From assembly GCF_900232105.1 (NCBI RefSeq), contig NZ_LT934425.1:3330001-3362000 (forward strand): DNA of 32,000 nt, written 5' to 3'. This DNA is from Candidatus Kuenenia stuttgartensis (lineage in GTDB: Bacteria > Planctomycetota > Brocadiia > Brocadiales > Brocadiaceae). Shown here piece by piece: positions 8,803 to 16,681 of this stretch. The notes under the pieces are model-generated. The model was not told the DNA's origin and ran no database searches. It worked only from the letters and a program-made list of their open reading frames with translations. Within the stretch, counting starts at the first letter, position 1; every line of letters starts with the position of its first letter. A program made the translations under genes and the position numbers.

Positions 8803-10363
8803 ATGAAATCGAAAGACGAAAAATGGGCTTTATTCTGGTGCAATCTTCTGCATCCTGTCATCTTCGGTGAGATTGAGAAGGAGCAGACCAACCTTTTTCT
8901 GAAAAAACTCTGCCTTCAGGAGGTCGTATTCCCCAACGGAAAGCGGAAAAGACCCACTATCTCTACCCTCAGGAGAAAACTCAACCGCTACCGCAAAGAT
9001 GGATTTCAATCTCTTGCAAGAAAGGCGAGGAGCGACCGTGGCGCATCCAGAAGGTTTTCTCCTGAAATTATCGACAAAGCCGTTGAACTCAAAAAAGAAC
9101 AACCACGCCGCAGCGACGATTGCCTCAACCGCTTTCTTGAGAAATACTATGGGAAAACGATCCCCAAATCCACCCTCTACCGCCATCTCAGACTCGCAGG
9201 GGCGACCCGGCTCAAACTCGGCGTCTCACAGCAAAAGGTGCGTATACGCTCTTAGCCGTGAGCATACCCACGACCTCTGGATTGGCGACTTCCAGGAAGG
9301 CCCTTTCGTGCTCGTTGACGGCGAGGCGCTTCCCACAAACCTCTGTCTCTTTATCGACTGCTACAGCCGTTATGTGGTCGAAGGACGGTATTATCTCAAA
9401 CAAACCCTCGATATCCTTATCGATTCTCTCATCAGGGCCTGGACTATCCACGGCTCGCCCAAAGAACTCTACCTCGACAATGCCAAGGTCTACCACTCTG
9501 ACGCCCTGCGCTCTGCCTGTTACAACCTCGGCATTAAACTCATCCACAGACCACCACGCGACCCTGCTCCCGGCGGACTGGTCGAACGTTTCTTCGGCAC
9601 CAGCCAGACACAGTTCGAGTCGGAAGTCCGCTCCGGCGACATTATCACCCTTGATGCCATTAACCAGGCCTTCTCCGCTTACCTTGCCGTTGTCTATCAC
9701 GCAAGAATCCACTCCGAAACCAATCAATCTCCAAAACAACGCTACGACGAGGGGCTTACCGTCATCCGACACGTCGATATGGACGCCGCTCTTGCCTTCT
9801 TCATGAAACGCATCCCCAGAACCGTTGACAGAACCTTTGCCGATGTCCGCATTGATAACCGCTTTTACCGTGTTGACCCCAAACTCAGAGGCGATAAAGT
9901 AGAAGTCCGTTACGACCCATACGGCGATCTCAAAAAGGTCTTGATCTATTCCGCAAACGGTGAATACCTCGGCTCGGGAAATCTCTACCTGCGCGACCAG
10001 GGCGCTGAAACTCCAGCCGCCTCACCTTCAAAACCAAAACATAATTACCTCGACCTTATCACTCAGAAACACAAATCCATTCTCCAGGCTCAGGCCAAAG
10101 GCATTGATTACCACCAAATCATCTCCGAACGACCCTGGCCATTCATGGCATTCGTCCAGAAACTCGCACTCCTCATGGGACACAAAGGCTCTCTCTCCGC
10201 CTTCAGCTCTCATGAACTCGAATCGCTTAAAAAATGCTACAACCGTATCCCCGCTCTCAACGAATCATTGCTCACGGAGGCATTCCAAAATGCCTCCGTG
10301 AAAACCTTACCCTATATCATTCGTGAATTACAAATCGCTTACTCGAAAAAGGAGGTCTCTTAA
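8803..10363 (+). CDS. TnsB/TniA-like DDE transposase (HTH + rve core + Mu-type C-terminal barrel), made from two frames via a candidate +1 shift at 9250-9255
   Basis: Frame 1 (8803-9255) is an HTH domain; frame 2 continues 'LSREHTHDLWIGDFQEGPF...LYLDNAKVYH...PGGLVERFFGTSQTQFESE'. Combined length is 520 codons including stop. Confidence 0.88.
9250..9256 (+). promoter_or_regulatory. Candidate stop-assisted +1 frameshift site, CGC-TCT-TAG-C
   Basis: UCU in the P site, UAG in the A site, followed by C. A +1 slip to CUU resumes the downstream frame. AAGGTG sits a few nt upstream. Confidence 0.5.
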
Positions 10364-10365
10364 CC

Positions 10366-11157
10366 ATGTTTACTTCTCATTTTTCCATGACTACTCAGCC
10401 GTTCTCTGAAAGAATCAACACCAGCCTTATCATGAAAGACGAACGCTTTACCCAGGGGCTTGCACGACTCCAATACCTCTTACACTCAGGCTCTATCGCC
10501 GTCCTCTACGGACAGACGGGAGTCGGAAAATCCACACTCCTCAAACTCTTCCTCTCACAAATCCCCCAAAACCTGTTTCTCCCCATCTACCTCCATTTTA
10601 CCCACCTAAAATCATCCAGCCTTCTCTCCTTAATCGTCTCCCAGCTCGGTGAAATACCAAAACACACCAAAGACCGGCTCTTCCTCCAAATTATGGATAA
10701 ATCCTTGCGCTCAAATCTCACTCCCATTATCGTTATCGACGAGGCTCATCTCCTGAAAACCGACGCCATCACAGACCTCAGACTCCTTGTCAGCTCTCCG
10801 CTTGATTCTTCCACTCATCTCAAAATCATCCTCTCGGGACAGGAACACCTCAAATATATCCTCAAAAGAGACATCCATGCCGACTTCGCACAACGCATCT
10901 CGGTACATTACCACATTCATCCCCTTACTAAAACTCAAACCGCTGCATACATAGACTTCCATCTGAAATCTTCCGGCGCATCCGATAAAATCTTTGACTC
11001 AGACGTCAAAGACCTGATCCATGAGTTCTCCGCCGGCATCCCAAGGCAAATCAACGCCATTTCCACCGCCTGCCTGATTAACGCTTCCATCAGACAATCA
11101 CAGAAAATTACCCAGGATATCTTCCATCAGGCTCTTGCTGAAATTCAATCTTTTTAA
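10366..11157 (+). CDS. AAA+ ATPase, TnsC/TniB/ExeA-like transposition regulator
   Basis: Walker A 'GQTGVGKST', Walker B 'PIIVIDEAHLL', 'SGIPRQINAISTACL' typical of the ExeA/TniB group; starts 3 nt after the DDE stop. Confidence 0.92.
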   Translation: MFTSHFSMTTQPFSERINTSLIMKDERFTQGLARLQYLLHSGSIAVLYGQTGVGKSTLLKLFLSQIPQNLFLPIYLHFTHLKSSSLLSLIVSQLGEIPKHTKDRLFLQIMDKSLRSNLTPIIVIDEAHLLKTDAITDLRLLVSSPLDSSTHLKIILSGQEHLKYILKRDIHADFAQRISVHYHIHPLTKTQTAAYIDFHLKSSGASDKIFDSDVKDLIHEFSAGIPRQINAISTACLINASIRQSQKITQDIFHQALAEIQSF

Positions 11158-11168
11158 GGAGGTCTACC

Positions 11169-11471
11169 ATGGCCCGTCTCTTTTCCCCTCAACTCTTGCG
11201 CTCATTACGAAACGATATCCCCATCGATCGACTCATCGCTGATGTCCTCTCCATACCTCATAAATACTCCGAAGGCTATTTCCGCTTCCTCTGCCCTCTC
11301 TGTTCTGAATTTAATTCCGCCACCAACCCAAATACGAACCTCGCCAGGTGTTTCCGTTGTAAAAAAAACTTTAATACCATCGACATCGTCATGGTAGATT
11401 CCAACTCCTCTTTCCCAGATGCTGTCTATCTGCTAAAATCCGTTTTACCTCAATATATTAATTCCACTTAA
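11169..11471 (+). CDS. Small CHC2 (DnaG primase-type) zinc-finger protein
   Basis: 'DVLSIPHKYSEGYFRFLCPLCSEFNSATNPNTNLARCFRCKKNFNTIDIVM'; ends 38 bp before the transposon end. Confidence 0.8.
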   Translation: MARLFSPQLLRSLRNDIPIDRLIADVLSIPHKYSEGYFRFLCPLCSEFNSATNPNTNLARCFRCKKNFNTIDIVMVDSNSSFPDAVYLLKSVLPQYINST

Positions 11472-11509
11472 TCTGAGAATTCCAGGTTCATTTATTGTGG
11501 GGCTTAGCA

Positions 11510-12149
11510 ATGATGCCTCCTTTAATGCTTCCTCATCTCTCTCTATCTTTAGCGTCCTATCCTCTTCTTTTATCTGCACCCACCCATCAAGTTTCAATCT
11601 CGTTAGCCTTTCCCTTGTTGTTTCCAGGGCCTTCGATACTGACGACTTAGGATGTTCCTTCAGATAACTGTTCTTCTTCACGATGTATTTCTCTATACTC
11701 TGTAATTTTGATACACGGGTCTTTGACATCTCTTCCGCCCTTACCGGATTGCGCCTCAGAATATATCGAACCTCATCATCCTTTATCTCGCAGAGCTTTT
11801 CTTCGAACAATCCTAATTGCAGTATCCCTTTATTTATCAACGACTCTATCTGCGGCTTAGTTATCGCCGTTATGTAATGAAACCCTTCCGGTAAACTTTC
11901 GATTTGCACCGTCTTGATCATCCCACGATCTCCTACAATCGTTACATCTTTGCATCCAAACCGCTCTAATACCTTCTTTACCTGAGATTCAAAGGTCTTC
12001 GGATCCTGGGTGTTGCCCCTAAATACTTCTGTTGATACCGGCTCCCCGGATTCATCACAAAGCATACCGATCACTATCTGTTTTTTCCTCTTTTTGCCGT
12101 CACGATTATACCCGTACTCACCAAAATGATTCGACTTCCCCTCTAAATA
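11510..12149 (-). pseudogene. IS1634-family transposase, middle third of the split gene
   Basis: 'FGEYGYNRDGKKRKKQIVIGMLCDESGEPVSTEVFRGNTQDPKTFE...TIVGDRGMIKTVQIE...ERDEEALKEAS'. Confidence 0.9.
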
Positions 12150-12161
12150 TAGTCAAACAAA

Positions 12162-12702
12162 TCAGGTTTTCGAAATTTGCTCGCCAATAATTTGAAAATT
12201 TTCAGTTAAAAGAGTAGACAATTCATCTGTATACTCGTTAATATTTTTGAAAAAACTTAAACATTTGTTTTTAAACTTCTCATAAGTATCATAATACTTG
12301 TTATACAATATTTTTTTGCGAAAGAATTTCCATAATCTTTCAATGAGATTTAAATTGGGTGAATAGGAAGGGAGAAATTTGATCTTTATTCTCGAATTTG
12401 CAAGGTATTCTTTGACCAACTTAGACCTGTAATATTTAGCATTATCAGAGATTATGTAAATAGTACCGGCTTGAGCATACCTTGACTCTATTTCATGGAA
12501 AAGCTTTATTGTTGATTGAGCATTGATGCTTTCATCTTCCCGGATTGTTACTTCAAAGGTTTCTATGTCAATAGCACCGTTTAAATTTATTCTTTTCCTG
12601 CCGGTATTAGAGGGTATTTCCTTCTTTTTGCCTTTCTCTATCCAGCAATATGCAGACGTAGAATTGTGCTGTGGATGAACTCCATCCATAAAAAGTATCT
12701 TA
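12162..12702 (-). pseudogene. IS630-family transposase, C-terminal part
   Basis: 'KILFMDGVHPQHNSTSAYCW...IISDNAKYYRSKLV...LPSYSPNLNLIERLWKFFRKK', nearly identical to 27985..29022. Confidence 0.93.
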
Positions 12703-12772
12703 TAGCCAAACAAATATGATTTTAGAGATTTGGCGATAAAATGGCTTTCTAAAAAACAGATTTATTTGACTA
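12703..12772. repeat. 70-bp MITE-like hairpin with IS630-like ends
   Basis: TAGCCAAACAAATATGATTTTTAGA...TCTAAAAAACAGATTTATTTGACTA. Confidence 0.75.
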
Positions 12773-12871
12773 GGCATATTATCAAACACACCCCTAAATC
12801 CCCTCTTGATAGCTGGGGATGACCCATATTTTTTGCTGGACACCGTGTTAACCGTATGTTACACTGTGTAC

Positions 12872-15064
12872 ATGCTTAGAGTAGGAGGTCGAATATTTTC
12901 AGATGATGTAATAAAGCGTTTATCAGAAACTATCCAAAAGGAACCGTGCCTATCGCGTCGTAAACTGTCGCGTCTGGTATGCGAATGGATGGACTGGCGG
13001 AATCAAGCGGGCCGTTTGCAAGAGATGAGTTGTCGCAAGGCGTTGTTGGAATTGGATCGTCGTAAAGAGATCAATCTTCCAAAGGTGAACAGGCATTATG
13101 CATTTCAAAAAGTCAATAAACCTGCGGAGGCGCCTCCGATTGCGGAAGTGTCATGCGAGCTAGCGGAGTTGGGTGACGTAGAGATTATACGGGTTACAAC
13201 GAGATTCCATTCGAAACTTTGGCGTAGCATGTTAGAAGCGCATCATTATCTTGGAAGTGGGCCCCTATGCGGGGCGCAACTTCGGTATCTTGTACGCAGT
13301 GAATATTACGGATGGATAGGAGGGCTAAGTTATAGTGCCTGTGCCAGACGGGTGGAAAGTCGCGACGAGTGGATAGGATGGACGGAGGAAGCACGTAAGC
13401 GGAATCATACGTTTGTTATCAATAACAGTCGGTATTTAATAGCGCCTACGGTAAGAGTAAAATGTTTGGCATCGCATGTATTGGCAAAATGCCAAACACG
13501 TTTGGTAGATGATTGGGAAAGAGTGTATAAATATCGTCCTGTACTTTTAGAAACCTATGTGGAACGAGGACGGTTTTCCGGAAGCTGTTATCGGGCAGCT
13601 AACTGGAAGTATGTAGGAGGCACGGAAGGTCGAGGACGAAAAGGAACAGGTGCAACGGTCAAAGACGTTTATGTTATGCCGTTGCAAAAGAAATGGCAGG
13701 CGGTGTTGTGTTGTTGTGCCGATGGCAAAGTACATGTTCGCCAAAGAGTGGCACAAAAAGAGCCTCGGGATTGGATAGAAGCGGAACTTGGAGGAACAAA
13801 ATTGGGCGATGCACGATTGACCTCAAGACTTTTAGAAATGACAGGTATGTTTTATGACAAACCTTTGGCAAACATTCCGCAGGCGTGCGGCTCAGTCAGT
13901 GCGACTAAGGCTGCATACCGATTCCTTGACAATGAGAATGTAGATTGGAAGGCGATATTGCAAGCTCATTATGAGGCCACGGAAGAGCGTGTGAAGGAGA
14001 ATAGTTTGGTTTTGGTAGCGCAAGATACTACGACTCTGAATTATAGCACACATCCGAATACGCAGGGGTTAGGGCCGATAGGTACTAAGAGTAAAAAAGT
14101 TCGTGGACTGATGGTGCATGATACGATGGCGTTTACTGAAAGTGGCACACCCTTGGGACTTCTGAATGTGCAATGCTGGGCGCGGGACGGAATAGGCAGC
14201 AAACATAAACGACACAAGAAGCCTATCGAAGAGAAGGAAAGCTGGAAATGGGTGGAGAGTTACCATGCAGTATCGCAAGTACAGAAACGCTGTCGAAACA
14301 AATCTTTGCTGGTGGTTGTGGCAGATCGTGAGGCCGATATTCACGAGGTATTCGCTGAGCAGTATAATACGCCTGATGGCGCTCAGTTGCTGATCCGTGC
14401 AGAACGTTCGCGCAATAGAAAGGTTGTTGATGATAAAGAATCATGCGAGTTTTTGTGGACTAAACTGGAACAGCAACCGGCGATGCCTGTTACGCTACGC
14501 CCACCTATGCTAAAAAAGAATATGCCTGCGGTCAGGGTGTGGGCGGTGCTGGCGCAGGAAGTCAATCCGCCTATCGGAATTGATGGGTTAGAATGGATGC
14601 TGTTAACCACAGTTGCGGTTAAGCAAGAAAAAGATGCTTACGAACGTTTGGAATGGTATGCTCGCCGATGGGGTATTGAGTGTTATCATCGTATTATCAA
14701 GAGCGGTTGTCGTGTCGAGGCCCGGCAGTTGGAGAGTGCTCGTCGTCTATGCAACGCTTTGGCCATTGATATGATTATAGCTTGGCGTATCCATTACCTG
14801 ACTACTTTAGGACAAGAAACACCTGATGTCCCTTGTACTGTCTACTTCAGCGATTCTGAATGGAAAGCATTGACAACTTTTGCGAACAAGGTCAAGGAGC
14901 CTCCTGATTTACCTCCAAGCCTCAATGATGCCGTGCGGCTTTTAGGTAAACTTGGCGGTCATCTGGGTCGCCGTGGTGATGGCCATCCCGGAAGTGAAGT
15001 ACTTTGGCGAGGCATGTCACGTTTGGCTGATATTGAAGTTGCTTACGAACTTTACACCACTTAG
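12872..15064 (+). CDS. Fusion of DruA-like (DUF4338) domain and Tn5/IS4-type DDE transposase (~730 aa)
   Basis: N-term 'CLSRRKLSRLVCEWMDWRNQAGRLQEMSCRKALLELDRR...HHYLGSGPLCGAQLRYLV...YRAANWKYVGGTEGRGRKG'. C-term 'ELGGTKLGDARLTSRL...QDTTTLNYST...VVADREADIHE...YARRWGIECYHRIIKSG' (Y-2-R-3-E-6-K). Confidence 0.92.
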   Translation: MLRVGGRIFSDDVIKRLSETIQKEPCLSRRKLSRLVCEWMDWRNQAGRLQEMSCRKALLELDRRKEINLPKVNRHYAFQKVNKPAEAPPIAEVSCELAELGDVEIIRVTTRFHSKLWRSMLEAHHYLGSGPLCGAQLRYLVRSEYYGWIGGLSYSACARRVESRDEWIGWTEEARKRNHTFVINNSRYLIAPTVRVKCLASHVLAKCQTRLVDDWERVYKYRPVLLETYVERGRFSGSCYRAANWKYVGGTEGRGRKGTGATVKDVYVMPLQKKWQAVLCCCADGKVHVRQRVAQKEPRDWIEAELGGTKLGDARLTSRLLEMTGMFYDKPLANIPQACGSVSATKAAYRFLDNENVDWKAILQAHYEATEERVKENSLVLVAQDTTTLNYSTHPNTQGLGPIGTKSKKVRGLMVHDTMAFTESGTPLGLLNVQCWARDGIGSKHKRHKKPIEEKESWKWVESYHAVSQVQKRCRNKSLLVVVADREADIHEVFAEQYNTPDGAQLLIRAERSRNRKVVDDKESCEFLWTKLEQQPAMPVTLRPPMLKKNMPAVRVWAVLAQEVNPPIGIDGLEWMLLTTVAVKQEKDAYERLEWYARRWGIECYHRIIKSGCRVEARQLESARRLCNALAIDMIIAWRIHYLTTLGQETPDVPCTVYFSDSEWKALTTFANKVKEPPDLPPSLNDAVRLLGKLGGHLGRRGDGHPGSEVLWRGMSRLADIEVAYELYTT

Positions 15065-15208
15065 CCTTCAGCTCAATTGGCCGTACAACTACGGTGCTCT
15101 TGAAATTTGTGGGTAAAGATTAGCTTGATAGAGGGGACTTCTTATCTCCCCCCTAAAAAGAGGGGCCGGGGGTGTGTAAATTTTTCGAAAACCTTATTTG
15201 TTTGACTA

Positions 15209-15707
15209 TATCTCCAGGGGCTTTCTCTTCTTTGAGTTGTTTGTAGTTTTCGATAAATTCTTTTTGTTTTTCAGGGTTTGCTTTGCCTGGAACTATTGTG
15301 GTTTTCTTGTAAGTAAAGCCTAATCTATCGAGGGTATGTACCATTCCTTCGGGTGTATAGGTCTTATTGAATGTCTGTTTTACATATTCAACAATTTCTT
15401 TTGCCGCGCTATAGTTGTTTTTCCTGATATGATCTTTTAATTGTTCTTCTTGTTCGCAAGTGAGTTTTGGCATACAGCCAACATAATTGTCAGATAAAAG
15501 CCCGTCGAAACCTTTATCTTTGTATAGTTTTTCGTAATTCCTGATTGTTTGATCGTCTAACAAGAGCGCTTCTGCTACTTCTTCATAACTCCATCCTGAA
15601 TCAAGAAGAAGTATAGCTTTGATTCGGTCGGCATGACGTCTATGAGGCTCTTTCTTATGTGCTTTTTTAAATTCTATTCGGGTTTTTTCACTGAGAAATG
15701 GATTCAT
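15209..15707 (-). pseudogene. IS630-family transposase, N-terminal part
   Basis: 'MNPFLSEKTRIEFKKAHKKEPHRRHADRIKAILLLDSGWSYEEVAEALLLDDQTIRNYEKLY...KEEKAPGD', matching 27985..29022. Confidence 0.93.
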
Positions 15708-15783
15708 GCAGAATTTAATACTCTAGAAACAATTCAAATGCAAGAAAAAAACAGGTTCTTCTAAAAATAAATGCTTTTTGCTA

Positions 15784-16364
15784 TAACTGCTCGTCACGTC
15801 ATACAAAAACAACTTCGGCTTATTGCCTCCTCGTCTTAACTCAAACAGCTTTCGCTCTATCTTTGCCTGATTCTCTGACAACCATGACAAATTATCGTAC
15901 AGATTGTTCTCGTCAAACCCACGCTTCATATCCAGGACGTCACCCGCAGCATGTATCTGCGCCAGCCTTACTGCAGACAGTCTTGACCCCTGGCCTATTA
16001 CCCTTGCCATTACTTGCCAAAGCGCCAGCTTTCCTTCAAAGTCCTTTCCCAATGCCTCTTCTATCCCTAATTCCTTTGCCACTTGGTACACGCTCCACGC
16101 TGCTCCCACAGACAAACCCTCATGGAGTTTCACCGATTCTGACAATGCGCCCAATGCACAGAGATCGTCTTTATGTGCGAGTGCAAGTCTTATCGCTTCA
16201 ATCTCCAGGGGAGTGCAATTCGACAGATTCGCAATGGTGCGTTTCTTGACCTTCCCATCCTCACGGTACGATTCCCGCAGAAGGGTAGATCGATAGATTT
16301 TTTTACCGGATTTTGACTTGTTCTCTACAATATGCATGTCCACCATTGTACAGATAACAACCAT
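15784..16364 (-). pseudogene. IS1634-family transposase, N-terminal third of the split gene
   Basis: 'YRSTLLRESYREDGKVKKRTIANLSNCTP...KPKLFLYDVTSSY'. Segments 581+638+464 nt = 1683 nt = 561 codons including stop. Confidence 0.9.
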
Positions 16365-16464
16365 TATCCGTCAAGTATATTGTCGTATAATAACAATATA
16401 TTAGTGACTACATATTTATTAAAAATACAGCCTTAACAAACTATGTATTAAGCACTTATGCGTT

Positions 16465-16650
16465 TTGGCAGGGGTGAACATCCGCTATAAGGCCGCAGGA
16501 TGGATTTTTTTAGGACATTCAACCGGTTTTGCCAGATCATCACAAGGCTATCTTCTGCACAATAAGCCAAAGATGGTCTTTGTTCGCTCATTGAATGCAC
16601 AAGTCCAAAAACAACTTAACAACCTTAATCTTACCATACAATTAAGAAAG
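16465..16650 (+). pseudogene. DruA-like (DUF4338) C-terminal remnant
   Basis: 'GVNIRYKAAGWIFLGHSTGFARSSQGYLLHNKPKMVFVRSL' aligns with 'GSCYRAANWKYVGGTEGRGRKG...VKDVYVMPL' of the 12872 ORF. Confidence 0.65.
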
Positions 16651-16681
16651 GAGACAAAGCCTATGAAATTATCTTTAAAAG

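Larger units (their letters stand above)
7720..11509 (+). mobile_element. Complete four-gene transposon (zinc-ribbon protein, DDE transposase, AAA ATPase, CHC2 zinc finger)
   Basis: Ends TGCTACGTCTTAGAATAAATGCTCC and (revcomp) TGCTAAGCCCCACAATAAATGAACC; ATGATGC at 7713-7719 and 11510-11516; excision restores the host IS1634 reading frame. Confidence 0.93.
12703..15208 (+). mobile_element. 2,506-bp unit carrying the DruA-transposase fusion, bounded by IS630-like ends and TA duplication
   Basis: TAGCCAAACAAATATGATTTTT at the left; the right end as revcomp is TAGTCAAACAAATAAGGTTTTCGAAA. TA at 12701-12702 and 15209-15210; the uninterrupted target reads GTATCTTATCTCC in the copy at 27973. Confidence 0.88.
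12150..15783 (-). mobile_element. IS630-family element (1,126 bp) interrupted by the DruA-transposase unit
   Basis: Ends TAGTCAAACAAATCAGG... and ...TTTTTGCTA flanked by TA (12148-12149, 15784-15785). 3634 minus 2508 bp of insert gives 1126, the length of the intact copy at 27973-29098. Confidence 0.93.

Noticed and set aside
8999-9240. N-terminal ~80 aa of the 8999..10363 ORF as a real protein start
   Set aside because: 'MDFNLLQERRGATVAHPEG...' is the out-of-frame reading of the HTH coding region; the genuine N-terminus is in frame 1 from 8803.
12806-12871. TTG start at 12806 for the DruA fusion
   Set aside because: It lies across the candidate terminal repeat and adds 22 atypical residues; the ATG at 12872 is more plausible.
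13194-14610. Several minus-strand ORFs inside the DruA-transposase gene
   Set aside because: Antisense shadow ORFs with no domain similarity.
15784-16296. Plus-strand ORFs 15863..16249 and 15904..16296
   Set aside because: Antisense to the N-terminal IS1634 fragment; no domains.
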